Of a stretch of 64,000 nt of DNA, positions 18,706 to 29,161 are shown in pieces (positions within the stretch are counted from its first letter, which is position 1; every line of letters begins with the position of its first letter). The translations under genes and the position numbers were made by a program. The notes beneath the pieces are model-generated. The model was not told the DNA's origin. It did no database searches and was given only the letters and a program-made list of their open reading frames with translations. This DNA is from a virus (lineage: Duplodnaviria > Caudoviricetes), in the IMG/VR virus record IMGVR_UViG_3300011678_000001, positions 128,001-192,000 of that record; one strand, written 5' to 3'.

Positions 18706-19125
18706 TTACTGGAAGATGTAACCCAAGAGGAACAGTTGCAGGGAGGGGTTAGGGAGTTTGGTCAACGCCGTTGGCAGGTAACTGGATTTCTGGAGCAAGG
18801 TGGCGCCTTGCGTATCATCAGGTACCTGTTGCAGCGCCAGGTGTTTGACCGTTTCCAAGTCATTCTGAATGCGCTGCAAGGCCCGGAGTAACTGGTCGTG
18901 TGAGTTGTTACCCAAGACCAGTGACCCTTTGATAGCTTTCTTGATGGCAATGATCTCATCGAGCGTTGCCTTGCCTATGTTGGGGATTCGCTTGGCCTCA
19001 TCCAGCGGCAGGTCCATGAAGCTTTGAAGGGTGAATATACCATCACCGCGCAAGGCCCCGGTCAATCGAACGGAAGGCTCGATTCCTGACACTTTGAAAA
19101 TCTCGGCACGTAGGGAGGTGTGCAT
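18706..19125 (-). CDS. RNA polymerase alpha-CTD-like (HhH) protein
   Basis: SVRLTGALRGDGIFTLQSFMDLPLDEAKRIPNIGKATLDEI vs RpoA CTD [41 protein letters not shown]. Confidence 0.65.
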   Translation of the reverse strand: MHTSLRAEIFKVSGIEPSVRLTGALRGDGIFTLQSFMDLPLDEAKRIPNIGKATLDEIIAIKKAIKGSLVLGNNSHDQLLRALQRIQNDLETVKHLALQQVPDDTQGATLLQKSSYLPTALTKLPNPSLQLFLLGYIFQ

Positions 19126-19193
19126 GGTGTAAATCCATTACAGGTTAATGACGAAGGGCATAGCGCGGTGGGACACCCCACCGCGACTACAGG

Positions 19194-19877
19194 TTACAGC
19201 GAAGGACGACTCCAGACAGTACCGAGTACGGTCATCAGGTGGGGGATCAATTGTGCAGTCACCTGCTCGAAGGACAGTTCCGCATTGATAACGGCGTAAC
19301 GATCCGGTGCTGCTGCCGCAAACGCCAAGAACAGTTCACGACTGTCTTGTTGGAACTTAAGGCTGGTGTTGTCCAGACGGTTCATATCGCCACGGGCTTC
19401 GAGGCGTTTACGGAACACTTCAGGAGCACCGTCAAGCACGATGGTCAGGTCAGGCCGGATATCGTCCAGAGCCTGCTTGTGAAGCGATTGGAGCAACGTT
19501 ACGTCCAACCCCCGGCCAGCGCCTTGGTAACAGAAGGTACTGTCACAGAAGCGATCTGTGACGACCACACGACCTTCATTCAACCTCGGCAGGACCAGTT
19601 CAGTTAGGTGTTGATGACGCGATGCCATGAACAACAGGGTCTCGGCCATGGGCGTCAGCTGGTCATAGGACGGGCGCTCGGTCAGGATGATCTCACGGAT
19701 GAGTTCTGCCATCGGCGTACCGCCTGGCTCACGGGTCATCACCGGGGTGATGCGATGGACTGAGAACCAGTCGTATATCCATTGCCGGGTGCTGGTCTTG
19801 CCGGCCCCGTCGATGCCTTCCAGTGCTAGGAAGAAACCTTTGTAAGGACGTGAAGGCGATGTGACTTGTTCATTCAT
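19194..19877 (-). CDS. tmk: Thymidylate (dTMP) kinase
   Basis: EGIDGAGKTS P-loop, TREPGGT, DRF.DST.CYQG; real start MNEQVT at 19877. Confidence 0.92.
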   Translation of the reverse strand: MNEQVTSPSRPYKGFFLALEGIDGAGKTSTRQWIYDWFSVHRITPVMTREPGGTPMAELIREIILTERPSYDQLTPMAETLLFMASRHQHLTELVLPRLNEGRVVVTDRFCDSTFCYQGAGRGLDVTLLQSLHKQALDDIRPDLTIVLDGAPEVFRKRLEARGDMNRLDNTSLKFQQDSRELFLAFAAAAPDRYAVINAELSFEQVTAQLIPHLMTVLGTVWSRPSL

Positions 19878-20526
19878 TCGGTATGGTCTCGATGGTTGGC
19901 ATATCGGGGATTGAGATCCCTCTCTTGGTGAGTTGGCCCTTGAGCCACTCGACAAACTTGGTGCGTTCTTCCTCGACGTAGAGGTTAATGCGAGGAATTC
20001 CATTCATTATGGAAATTTGAATACTTGTGTTAGTGCCGCCCTTCCAGCGCGTGCCTTTCTTGTTAGCCGGCTCGGCGTAGAACAGGGTGATCCAGCGAGG
20101 GTCTTCCAGCGTCTCTGAGAGGACTTGGAACGCATTGCGGGTGTGTAGTCCTACGCCGCTCGGAAACAGCCCCTCGAAGCTCCCACGGGCTTTAAACGCT
20201 ATGGCCTTGGCAGCTTCGTAGGTGTCGTACCGTTCAGCTTCGTGTTCACCGTGCATGGGGTCATGCCTTAAGCCTACCCGTTGCTTTTTCAAGCGCGTGT
20301 AGTAGACCTGAGCCGGTGGCATGTTGTCTTTCTTCCCTTGGTTGTAGCCCAAGTAGAAGTACGTATCGGACCCTGGGGCATCACCGGTGGACAATACCCC
20401 ACCAAGCAAGGCCATGCAGTGCCCGATCCAGACCAATAGAGGAACATGTTCAGCCGGGACCTCGCGAGTGCCCACACCGCACCAGACAAACGACCACTCC
20501 CAGCCCATGTTCTTCCAGAGTTCCAT
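19870..20526 (-). CDS. DprA/SLOG-family protein
   Basis: GVGTRE...LSTGDAPGSD...HTRNAFQVL...GGTNTSI. Confidence 0.7.
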   Translation of the reverse strand: MELWKNMGWEWSFVWCGVGTREVPAEHVPLLVWIGHCMALLGGVLSTGDAPGSDTYFYLGYNQGKKDNMPPAQVYYTRLKKQRVGLRHDPMHGEHEAERYDTYEAAKAIAFKARGSFEGLFPSGVGLHTRNAFQVLSETLEDPRWITLFYAEPANKKGTRWKGGTNTSIQISIMNGIPRINLYVEEERTKFVEWLKGQLTKRGISIPDMPTIETIPNE

Positions 20527-20528
20527 AC

Positions 20529-21077
20529 TCAGCCCTTCAATTGTTCACGCAAGACACAGGTGTCAGGGACCTTGAGTTCTGGCGTGGTGATGATCCCAGC
20601 GTACTTCTTGACCACGTCGTAGTGGGTGATCTCAAAGGGAATGCCAAAGTAGCCATTGGTGAGGATCGCTTGGAGCGTATCTTCGCCTTGGACGTCTTCG
20701 AGCAGTTCAGTGTCCACCACTGCCTGCAAGGTGACCGGTGGAATCAATTGCCCACGGTACTGCTGGGTGTTCTCAGCCTGACGCAAGGCCATCTTCAGAT
20801 GACCTGGCAGGACAGGGAAATCCCGGTTACCGCCATCGGCTTGTTCCATGATGGAGAAGGTGGCCATCAGACCCCAGTTATTCATCCACCAGATGAACAC
20901 GTGAGTCTCTTCATGACCTTCGACTTCGACAAAGCCTCGACCGGTGATGTCCAGTTTCCAGCGGCGGTCGTCTCGCAGGGTGTGGAAGATCTCATCGGCA
21001 TGCAACTTGCCGTCGAGAAAGGCCAGGTCAAGTTCAGCACGGGATTCAAATTCAATGACGCGGTTGGTGATCGACAC
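20529..21077 (-). CDS. Hypothetical protein
   Basis: GTG start with AAGGAA RBS. Confidence 0.6.
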   Translation of the reverse strand: MSITNRVIEFESRAELDLAFLDGKLHADEIFHTLRDDRRWKLDITGRGFVEVEGHEETHVFIWWMNNWGLMATFSIMEQADGGNRDFPVLPGHLKMALRQAENTQQYRGQLIPPVTLQAVVDTELLEDVQGEDTLQAILTNGYFGIPFEITHYDVVKKYAGIITTPELKVPDTCVLREQLKG

Positions 21078-21129
21078 GGCTATATTCCTTAAAAGGTAAG
21101 GGCACAGTATTGAGCAGGAGGGTTTGTTT

Positions 21130-21537
21130 TTACGGGAACAGCTTGGACAACCAAGGGATTACCATCCCGATTGAACCTGCCACCCCCACCACGGTCCAGA
21201 AGATCCATGGGAAGCGCTTACGGCGGCGCTGACGGGCTTGTTCCTCTGCTAGGCGGCGTTGGTTCCAGGCCGCTTCCCACTGCGCCGCTTGACGGGTGAT
21301 GAGCTCGTCATAGACGTCTTTATGCACCGCGCCTTCTGGCGCATGGGTCATGATGTCGTCATACGTGGGGAAGGTCTCCTGTTGCCAGTTGATGGTCTGA
21401 CGCCTGGCACCGTTTTCAAAGAACGCCCCGCCATACGACCGGACACTCCGATTACCCGTCTCCATGTTGGTGATAAAACAGGACCCGGCTAACCAACCAA
21501 ACTCGGTGAGGGTGAAACACTGATTGATCTGGTACAT
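21130..21537 (-). CDS. Hypothetical protein with C-terminal membrane anchor
   Basis: Basic stretch followed by FPWIFWTVVGVAGSIGMVIPWL. Confidence 0.6.
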   Translation of the reverse strand: MYQINQCFTLTEFGWLAGSCFITNMETGNRSVRSYGGAFFENGARRQTINWQQETFPTYDDIMTHAPEGAVHKDVYDELITRQAAQWEAAWNQRRLAEEQARQRRRKRFPWIFWTVVGVAGSIGMVIPWLSKLFP

Positions 21538-21565
21538 GGTACAATACTCGAACTGGCGGCATACA

Positions 21566-21583
21566 GGGAGGCCGAAGCCTCCC
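21566..21583 (-). terminator. Hairpin terminator
   Basis: GGGAGGC/GCCTCCC with UUCG loop on minus strand, then TGTATGCCG. Confidence 0.7.
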
Positions 21584-21592
21584 GCATGACAC

Positions 21593-21880
21593 TTACTTGT
21601 AGAACTTCAAGAACTTGGCCAACGGCATGGTGCTTGCATGTTTGTCCTCAGGCTTGTCCTTATAGGTCACCGTGTCCTTCTTCACTTGTGTCACGTAGAT
21701 CGACACCTTACGGCCATTACGGACGGTGGAGTAGAACTTGTTGACCTCGCCGGTGAACACCAAGGGTTCAGGCTGGGGCTGGGGTGCCGGCTTGATACCA
21801 TTGAGGTCCATCAATTTCCCGAGGCTGCTCAGCTCTTTGGTGCTGGGACGAGTCGGACGGGACAGCGTGTGTGTGCTCAT
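21593..21880 (-). CDS. Small basic hypothetical protein
   Basis: Start MSTHTLS with AGGA RBS. Confidence 0.55.
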   Translation of the reverse strand: MSTHTLSRPTRPSTKELSSLGKLMDLNGIKPAPQPQPEPLVFTGEVNKFYSTVRNGRKVSIYVTQVKKDTVTYKDKPEDKHASTMPLAKFLKFYK

Positions 21881-22610
21881 TCGTGTTTCCTGTTTCAGGG
21901 AGGGAATGGGAAGGGATTGAATGTGTGGGCAGATCGGATAAGTGACGCTTAAACGGGTTGGTGCCAAAGTCCGGATTTGGGATGAGTGTGACTTTGTTCA
22001 CCAGGACGCTGATCTCAGTCATGTTGAGTGAGATGTCGGCCTGTAAGGCCAGTCGAATACGCTCGATGTCTTCGTCATCGATCAGGGTATGTCGATTGTC
22101 TGAAAGTACTGACAACCGTAACACCCCTAATGGGTCTCCTGTCAGGTCAATGATCTCAGCCAGAATGGTGAACGGGGCATCCGGTCCGGACATCACGGTC
22201 AACATGTGGCTTTGGTGGGTGAACACCGTAAACGAGTTAGACTCGTAACGATGGATGAGTTTGGCTTCCCAGAACGACTCTGGGTTGAGCTTAAACCGGT
22301 ACTCGTTCAACAGACGGGCAGCGGGCCTGCGTTTGGAACCGAAGTGAAGGCTCACCTCGTTACCGACATGCAAGAGTCGCTTTTCCGTCAAATACTGAAT
22401 GAAGCCGGGCAAGGCTTCTTCGGTATAAATCTCACGAGTCGCGCGATTAATGCCCTCACAATACGTAGCCATCTCGGCACTGAGATCAATGTCTGCAATG
22501 GCCACGACTGTGATGTGTTTCTTCTTTTCAGGGATGGATTCGTCGTATGTAAAGGTGAGTATTTCTCCTGCCCGGACCTTTATCCTCCCCAGCGTGTGAT
22601 GATCAAGCAT
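21768..22610 (-). CDS. Hypothetical protein
   Basis: 280-aa ORF downstream of promoter-like motif. Confidence 0.6.
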   Translation of the reverse strand: MLDHHTLGRIKVRAGEILTFTYDESIPEKKKHITVVAIADIDLSAEMATYCEGINRATREIYTEEALPGFIQYLTEKRLLHVGNEVSLHFGSKRRPAARLLNEYRFKLNPESFWEAKLIHRYESNSFTVFTHQSHMLTVMSGPDAPFTILAEIIDLTGDPLGVLRLSVLSDNRHTLIDDEDIERIRLALQADISLNMTEISVLVNKVTLIPNPDFGTNPFKRHLSDLPTHSIPSHSLPETGNTNEHTHAVPSDSSQHQRAEQPREIDGPQWYQAGTPAPA

Positions 22611-22641
22611 CGCTTGGGACCTCAGGTTGTTGGTGCAGTTA

Positions 22642-22654
22642 GATAATGTAGCGT
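22642..22654 (-). promoter_or_regulatory. Candidate phage promoter (ACGCTACATTATC)
   Basis: Identical 13-mer at 51835-51847; both intergenic and upstream of accessory operons. Confidence 0.5.
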
Positions 22655-22659
22655 TTCAT

Positions 22660-24027
22660 TTAAGTCTGTTCGTCTAAGTACGCTTGGTACGCAGGCGACA
22701 GCCGATCGACCAACACCACCACTTCTGTGGTTGTCTGATGGACTTTCTGATGCAGACCTGTTCCTGCCAAGGCAGAGTAGGCATGCGCATGAACCACTAC
22801 AGCATTAACAAAGGCAGGCTCTCCATTGACAATGAATCCGACTTCGCACTGCAGCCCTGGGGTGATCAGATCAGGGTTACTGTTCTCCCACAGCATGACG
22901 AAGTACGCCCCATTACGTTCAGCCAATTTACTGGCCTCATGGAACGCGTTGGACGTGGCCATGTCTTCAGAAACCCTGGACATGGATGACCCTTTACGAT
23001 GGATTGCCTCGTACTCATTGGCGTTGTTAGTTCTTTTTGCCACGGCTTTGTTACCGGACACTTCGAAAAACCCGTCCATGGCCGTGCTGGTGTTGGCAAA
23101 TCGGGTGCCATTGCCTTCATTGAGCAACCGAGCCTCTGACGGGTCCAGGCGCTTGACGCCGCCGGTAATCAGGGCCACGAAATGCTTGTCCACCACCCGG
23201 TGCGTCAGCTCGATGCCTCGATACCGCTGCGAGGGCGCTAGAATAAACAACGCGGTGTATTCGGCTTCATCATAGCGCTTGTGGTTATACAGCGGCCAGA
23301 TGTACCAGTGACCCCCTTGCAAGTAGCAGCCAATCCCCGTGCTGTAGATGCCGCCGTATTGGGTTTGCAGCTTGTCAGCCACTTGGACCAATGGCGTGCC
23401 ATGGGGCAATAGCGTGTGGCGACGTTTGACTTGGTTGTTGGGTTCGACTGCATTAATGCCTTTGATGGCCACGGCCTGATCCAAGTCCATGTTCTTCATG
23501 GATTCAACCAAGAGCGACATGAGAACATCAAAAGGCCTGCAATCGGGGAATGTTCCACCCACCATTTCCGAGCGTACCCGGTCAAAGGCTTCTTCGACCA
23601 ACTGCACCTGCACAATACGAATGCCCGACAAATCCGCAGCAAACTGCGTGGCCGTCTCCGGACTGTCTGACAGCATACCGGTTTCAGCTTCCACAGGCAG
23701 ATGGACAATGAACGTCTGTTCCAACCGCGCTGAGGTAATGAAGGCGCCTGACCGAGCGATGGCTTGCCGCACCACGGTCATGCGAAGGTTTTCTTTGTAC
23801 GGCAAGACATGATGCAGGTATTCACCCCACGGCACTGCAACCTTGATCAGGACCTCATCGGCGACCGCCTTGCGGTAATCACGGATGCGGTCCACACTGA
23901 CCACCGACAGAACCGGAAGTTCTTTCTTGTCAGTGACGAAGGTCGCCTCGTACTGGTAGTACGTATCACGACCTTCGCGTTGGATCAAGTTGTACTCAGC
24001 GCCGAAGGTCGTTTGGGAAAATTCCAT
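22660..24027 (-). CDS. Virion structural protein, putative baseplate hub (phiKZ gp101-like)
   Basis: LQ..YGGIYSTGIGCY.Q...WYIWPLY and WENSNPDLI.PG motifs; synteny. Confidence 0.65.
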   Translation of the reverse strand: MEFSQTTFGAEYNLIQREGRDTYYQYEATFVTDKKELPVLSVVSVDRIRDYRKAVADEVLIKVAVPWGEYLHHVLPYKENLRMTVVRQAIARSGAFITSARLEQTFIVHLPVEAETGMLSDSPETATQFAADLSGIRIVQVQLVEEAFDRVRSEMVGGTFPDCRPFDVLMSLLVESMKNMDLDQAVAIKGINAVEPNNQVKRRHTLLPHGTPLVQVADKLQTQYGGIYSTGIGCYLQGGHWYIWPLYNHKRYDEAEYTALFILAPSQRYRGIELTHRVVDKHFVALITGGVKRLDPSEARLLNEGNGTRFANTSTAMDGFFEVSGNKAVAKRTNNANEYEAIHRKGSSMSRVSEDMATSNAFHEASKLAERNGAYFVMLWENSNPDLITPGLQCEVGFIVNGEPAFVNAVVVHAHAYSALAGTGLHQKVHQTTTEVVVLVDRLSPAYQAYLDEQT

Positions 24028-24042
24028 ACAGACCCTCTACAG

Positions 24043-24618
24043 TCACTTGCGTTTGTTACGATCTGCCAGCAACCGTTCAATGCGGTCCATGAGCGGGGCG
24101 GTTTCCTGCACGTCACCCATGCCCACACCTGTGGGGTTGAACAGGGCTTCAGCACCCGGAATGCCACCAAACAGCGTGGAGATCCGCTTGAGTTCCGGTA
24201 CGTCATCCACCTTAGGCTTAAAGCCTGTGACCTGATCCTTGATGGTCTTGGCGAAATCGCTCATCAGGTACAGGGATTCAAGCGGCGCATCTTTGACGTT
24301 CGGGTCGTGGTTGACATGGTCCGCCCACATTCCCAAGTGTGCCACCAGCACTTCATAGATGGTCACGATGTCCTCAGGGTGCAGGAACTTGATGTCCGCC
24401 CCTTGCTCGTAGAGCTTGAGGATGTCTGCGATGGTGCCGCCAATGTTGACGTACTCGGCCATGGCCGCCTGGTCCATCTTCTTGGACCCGGTGTGCAGGT
24501 GACCCACCTTCTCGTTGTACTCTTTCGAATACCGGTAGTAGCCGGGGATGGCGTACAGGTAGGTCTGGTGAAAGATGTGCCGGCGGACTTCGGCCGGGTC
24601 ATCGAACTTACGACTCAT
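24043..24618 (-). CDS. Conserved phiKZ-like protein (gp100-like)
   Basis: ATGA-coupled start MSRKFDD at 24618; synteny. Confidence 0.6.
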   Translation of the reverse strand: MSRKFDDPAEVRRHIFHQTYLYAIPGYYRYSKEYNEKVGHLHTGSKKMDQAAMAEYVNIGGTIADILKLYEQGADIKFLHPEDIVTIYEVLVAHLGMWADHVNHDPNVKDAPLESLYLMSDFAKTIKDQVTGFKPKVDDVPELKRISTLFGGIPGAEALFNPTGVGMGDVQETAPLMDRIERLLADRNKRK

Positions 24619-26012
24619 TTGATTCTCCGACGATACACCCGAAGCAGGGTGAACAAGATGGGGAAGTAATAGAACCGTTCCACGTTGTCCCAACGCGGGG
24701 CGTGGGTGCAGAGGAAGTCCAGCGTCCGGATGTCGATGGCATCGCCTTTCAAGGCAGCCATGGTCAAGGCTTCGAGTTTGCTCAGCGCCTGATCAGGCGT
24801 GTGCTCGTAGAAGGCCTGACTCAGGACGTAATAGTCATCTACCGTGACCCGCTTGATCTGCGGCGTGCGGACAGGTGACTGGGCTTCATAGACCTCAAAG
24901 CTTGGGTCCATCTCCAGCGTGGGTTTGAACAGGCGGTTCAGTTCACGAAAGCGTGCGCACCCTCTGACCAGGTCTTCGAGTTCCGGGTCGGTGAACCCCC
25001 GATACCCAGCATCGACGTTTGTCGGTGTCAGGTCTGGGTAGACCACCGCTTCCACACCCGAATAGTAAATGCTGTTCAGGGTAGGGCGGCCATTGAAGAA
25101 CTTGCACACGTCCACGATCCCGGCTTGATGCACGCTCATGTCAAGCAATGCATGGTCCATGGTCTCAAGGCAGTTCCACAGCGTGAACTCGTACATGGTC
25201 TGGTCGCCCTGTACATTGAGCTCAGCCATGTGGCGCATCAATGGGTGGTCATCGGTGGTGAGGATGGTTTTAACATACCGTACCAGGAACGGGTCATACG
25301 TAACCCGAGGTTGGTTCGGCACGAGTAAGGTTTTGCGATCCCGACTGAAGAAGTCATGGAAGTACAGGGTGATCAGACGCCCATAATGCTCGGCCATGTT
25401 GTTGACGAGCTGGGTGTGTTCCTCACTGAGCAGTGGGGTGTTGCCACTGTCCAGGAAGTTCTTGTGAAACACCACGGTCTCGACGGTCTTGCGGACCAAG
25501 TCTTCCCGCGTCTGAGCGCTGGAGAACTTGATCATGGTGTATTCGATCTGATACACCGCCGACATGTAATGCGACATCCGGGTGGTGGAGGTCACATGGA
25601 ACAAGCCTTCACGTCCGTCACCGATGTCAGCCAAGAACAGGTCGCCTTCCTTAGGGATCAGCACGCCATAGACGTTAGCAGAACCTGAGAGCGTCTGATC
25701 CTTGGTGTCATTGGCTTGGGTCGATTGCAGGTCTTGGGTGACCTTCAATTCAAAACCTTTGATCAGCTTGTACTGTTGGTACACCGGGTGCAGGTCAGAT
25801 TCAAACGGACGCGCATCGTCGTCTCGTCCCCGGATCAGGGAGAAGAAGTCAACGTCCCACGCTTGGCCTGCGATGTAGGTGGTCAGTTGATCGAAACGCA
25901 CTTCTTTAGTATCGACCGTGGCGCCCACAAAGGGTTTCGGTTGGATCTTCACCGGCTCGACCGCAGGGGTCTTGACCACGGTGTCCATGTTACTCGGCGT
26001 TGGCACTGGCAT
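24615..26012 (-). CDS. Virion structural protein (phiKZ gp99-like)
   Basis: QQYKLIKGFELKV, P.EGDLFLADIGDGR.GLF motifs. Confidence 0.7.
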   Translation of the reverse strand: MPVPTPSNMDTVVKTPAVEPVKIQPKPFVGATVDTKEVRFDQLTTYIAGQAWDVDFFSLIRGRDDDARPFESDLHPVYQQYKLIKGFELKVTQDLQSTQANDTKDQTLSGSANVYGVLIPKEGDLFLADIGDGREGLFHVTSTTRMSHYMSAVYQIEYTMIKFSSAQTREDLVRKTVETVVFHKNFLDSGNTPLLSEEHTQLVNNMAEHYGRLITLYFHDFFSRDRKTLLVPNQPRVTYDPFLVRYVKTILTTDDHPLMRHMAELNVQGDQTMYEFTLWNCLETMDHALLDMSVHQAGIVDVCKFFNGRPTLNSIYYSGVEAVVYPDLTPTNVDAGYRGFTDPELEDLVRGCARFRELNRLFKPTLEMDPSFEVYEAQSPVRTPQIKRVTVDDYYVLSQAFYEHTPDQALSKLEALTMAALKGDAIDIRTLDFLCTHAPRWDNVERFYYFPILFTLLRVYRRRIK

Positions 26013-27648
26013 TGTTTTCTACCCTGTTACGGTTCTGGGCGATGATCGTCAGGATCTCGACGTAAGGGACGTCAAAACGACCACCGAAAGAGGCGTCGTT
26101 GTCGTACCAACTCGGGTTGTCCAGACGATTGTTGTTAAGGTTGGTGCTGTGAGTCTGTGCCGGAGCACCGATCCGTTGGGCTTGCAAGAAGCCAAAGAAC
26201 CGTTTGATGTAACTGATGCTGAGCTTGCCGTCTTCTGACAGGTGGTTGGCAATGGCGTCTTCCACATCCAGACGATTGACCACGGTTTGGAACAGGCGCA
26301 AGGTCACCAGTCCATTCTCGTGCATGCTCATCAAAGCCTCGTCGGTGTACTTGCCCAACTCCGTGCAGAAGCTCATGCGCAGGTGATAGCGCTGGCGCAA
26401 ATCGGCTGGGGTCTTGACCCGGATCTCGAACGCAGACGGGGTGTCGACGTATTCAAGGTTACCGTCGTCAATGAACTGGGCATCCCGGTACAGCGCGAAA
26501 TGCAAGGGGCTGTGTCCTAAGCGCAGCATCTTACTGCCTTGGGCTTTCATGTACGCCAACACATCCGGCAGGAACTCGGTGGCCAGCACATCCGACTCAC
26601 CAAAGGCCAAGAACAGGTCCTTGGGCTCGAAGACGATCATCCAACTGATGAAGCTGGTGGTGTAGGGCACGACGTTAGCGGGAATCCACTCATCGTACTC
26701 CGGGACGCACAAGCCGCCGATTGGTTTCTGCGGAATCCGCGCCAGGTAATCGAAGTTATCCAAGGCGAACCGGTAATCGCTTTTGTACGTGGGCAGCAGC
26801 AGTGGGTCTTCGACCTTAGGCTTGACCACAATGTACTCCGGCGAGATGAGCTGGTTGTGCACCACTTGCGGGTAGACCACATTGAGCTCGACCGGCTTGC
26901 TGTAGCTGAACTTGTAGTTGAACTGCACGAGGTAGGACGGACCGCCTTCGTTCTTTTCTTCTTCAACTGGCAGGTCAAAGTCAAACCAGCCCTGCACGCC
27001 AAGTTGTTTCTCGCCAATCACCAACAAGGTGCTTTCCTGACTGCCCGCTTGGTTGGTCAGGACGGTGGCTCGTTTGGTGTAGTAGCGTTTTAAGTACTCG
27101 CCCAATGACTCACCGTAACCGGCTACGCCTTCACGCAAGGTGTAGATGTGTTTGAGCAGCATGGAGCAGAAGTTCGGGATCGGGAAATGGTACTCGACTT
27201 GATGCAGGTGCGATTGACGGTTGTCCGCCATGCGCACTTTGATGTCGTCACGCCAGATCACCGCTTCTTGCTTACTCTTAGCCCGGTAGGTGAAGTTCAA
27301 CTCCATCTCGGTGTTGCTGTAGACGGGTTTCAAGTGCACGCCAATCATCGGGTCAGCAAAAATAGGCTGAGCGTAGGGATGACGCACTTCGGCGTTGATC
27401 ACTTCGGTGTCGACGTAGGTCTCACGGAAGCTTACGATCACGCGCTCATCTTGAGCCAGACGGACTTGGGTGTTCTCATCGCCCAGTTCAGAACCCGGTT
27501 GCGCAGCCACTTGAGCCTCGCCTCGGATTTCAACCCGGCACTTCTTATCGATGTCACTGATGCGGATCACGTTGTCGATCACCGACTTAGCCACCCGGCG
27601 AGACACCGAGTCGTACGTCATGGGCAACGGGATTAATAGGTTAGGCAT
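25990..27648 (-). CDS. Virion structural protein (phiKZ gp98-like)
   Basis: 552 aa; YPQVVHNQLI motif; synteny. Confidence 0.65.
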   Translation of the reverse strand: MPNLLIPLPMTYDSVSRRVAKSVIDNVIRISDIDKKCRVEIRGEAQVAAQPGSELGDENTQVRLAQDERVIVSFRETYVDTEVINAEVRHPYAQPIFADPMIGVHLKPVYSNTEMELNFTYRAKSKQEAVIWRDDIKVRMADNRQSHLHQVEYHFPIPNFCSMLLKHIYTLREGVAGYGESLGEYLKRYYTKRATVLTNQAGSQESTLLVIGEKQLGVQGWFDFDLPVEEEKNEGGPSYLVQFNYKFSYSKPVELNVVYPQVVHNQLISPEYIVVKPKVEDPLLLPTYKSDYRFALDNFDYLARIPQKPIGGLCVPEYDEWIPANVVPYTTSFISWMIVFEPKDLFLAFGESDVLATEFLPDVLAYMKAQGSKMLRLGHSPLHFALYRDAQFIDDGNLEYVDTPSAFEIRVKTPADLRQRYHLRMSFCTELGKYTDEALMSMHENGLVTLRLFQTVVNRLDVEDAIANHLSEDGKLSISYIKRFFGFLQAQRIGAPAQTHSTNLNNNRLDNPSWYDNDASFGGRFDVPYVEILTIIAQNRNRVENNASANAE

Positions 27649-27702
27649 GGGGGACTCCCCGAATGAATGAGCTTTGTCATAAAATCAGGTAAAAGAACAT
27701 AG

Positions 27703-27726
27703 AGGAGAGGCCCGAAGGCCCCTCCT
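27703..27726 (-). terminator. Hairpin terminator
   Basis: AGGAGAGGCC CGAA GGCCCCTCCT. Confidence 0.65.
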
Positions 27727-27733
27727 GTTCTGT

Positions 27734-29146
27734 TTAGCGGTTGGTCGCTACGTACGCCTTGAGTTGCTCTTCTGCCACGTACAGCGAGGCGTGAAGCACA
27801 CGGAAGTGCGGATCACGGCAGACTTCTGCGTGGTAGTAGGCTTTGTCCAGGAAGTAGAACATCGCGTTGCACGCAATGTCCACCGCACGCCACAGCTCAC
27901 TGTTCATCTGTGGGAAGTCAGCGCCCTGCACCATGCCGACCAGACGCTCGTAGTCGTTGTTGGCTGCGCCCCAGGCTTCAACCAAGGTGTAGTAGTACAC
28001 GAAATCAAAGGTGTACTGCTTCTCCAGGTTGTCCGCCACGATGTCCAGGATCTCACGCAGCTCATTGAGGTCAACGGCTTTGCCCGACACCCGGCCAGTG
28101 CGACGATGACGTCCAAACAACTGGTTGGCTTCGATCAGGTTAACCAGTTCCATGATCCATTCGGCATCACGGTAGCGCGAACGGTAACCCATGGAGCCGT
28201 CGACGAAGTTGATCCCGCCGATGTCACGGCCGTACTTGACCGCTTTGCTGACCGGCAGTTCCTTGGTGACGTCTTTGTACATGCCACGGGCGATTTCTTC
28301 AGCGCCAACTTGGTCACGGGCGACCAGGATGGTGGGCAGCTTCGTACCCAAGGTCACCGAACGCTCGCTGGCGTCATCGGCCAGCTTGGTCACGCCGTAC
28401 TCGAGCAGCTTGTAGGTCTCGGTGAACAGCTTCTTCAGATCAGCGGCTTCGAACTCGATTTCCTTACCGTCGAGGTAGAAGTAGGCGGTCTCGGTGGTGT
28501 CGTAGCGCAGCGGCTTGCCAGGAATGCCGTACTCTTCCGGCAGGCTTTCCAGACGCTTCTGGCAGGCTTGCAGGCGGGCGATCAGTGCTTGCTTGTGAGT
28601 GAAACCTCGGCGCATGGAAATGCGGATGTTCTCCAGCTTTTCCTTGATCCACTTCTTCATCTTGGCAAAGGCCGCCTTGATGAAATCAAGCAGACCTTCC
28701 ATCGAGGCTTCTGTGACCTTACCGTCTTCAGCTTCAATGACCGGCACCGGTGTACCGGTTTGCAGCGCCACCGCGCCCAGTGCCTTGTTGGCCACTTCCA
28801 CGGTTTCATCAGTGATGCTTTCCATGGAGGCCAGCACGCCGAGCATTTCCAGTGAGGTCACCGCCGAGGTCACAACCTCACGGACTTCTTTGAGTTCACC
28901 GGCCGCGCGCGAACGGTCGAGTTCACCGGAGGCGAAGAAGTCTTCGGCCACTTGACGCAAGGTGGTCTCGTCGGTGTAACGCTCATCTTGCATGTGCTCA
29001 AGTACTTCCTGCTCGATTTGCTTGCTGTCAATGGTCAGCAGGCCTTCGACTGGACCTTCTTGCACTTCAGCGGTGTCAACCGACTGATTGAGTTCTTTCA
29101 GATCACTCAGCGACGCGGCGAGGATCGATTCGATACTGACTTTCAT
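27734..29146 (-). CDS. Internal head protein (phiKZ gp93-97 paralogue family)
   Basis: Acidic propeptide with S-x-E sites (VSIES, TSLE, ASMES, ASMEG) followed by amphipathic helix LLDFIKAAFAKMKKWI. Confidence 0.75.
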   Translation of the reverse strand: MKVSIESILAASLSDLKELNQSVDTAEVQEGPVEGLLTIDSKQIEQEVLEHMQDERYTDETTLRQVAEDFFASGELDRSRAAGELKEVREVVTSAVTSLEMLGVLASMESITDETVEVANKALGAVALQTGTPVPVIEAEDGKVTEASMEGLLDFIKAAFAKMKKWIKEKLENIRISMRRGFTHKQALIARLQACQKRLESLPEEYGIPGKPLRYDTTETAYFYLDGKEIEFEAADLKKLFTETYKLLEYGVTKLADDASERSVTLGTKLPTILVARDQVGAEEIARGMYKDVTKELPVSKAVKYGRDIGGINFVDGSMGYRSRYRDAEWIMELVNLIEANQLFGRHRRTGRVSGKAVDLNELREILDIVADNLEKQYTFDFVYYYTLVEAWGAANNDYERLVGMVQGADFPQMNSELWRAVDIACNAMFYFLDKAYYHAEVCRDPHFRVLHASLYVAEEQLKAYVATNR

Positions 29147-29161
29147 GAAGGCAGTTCCTTA

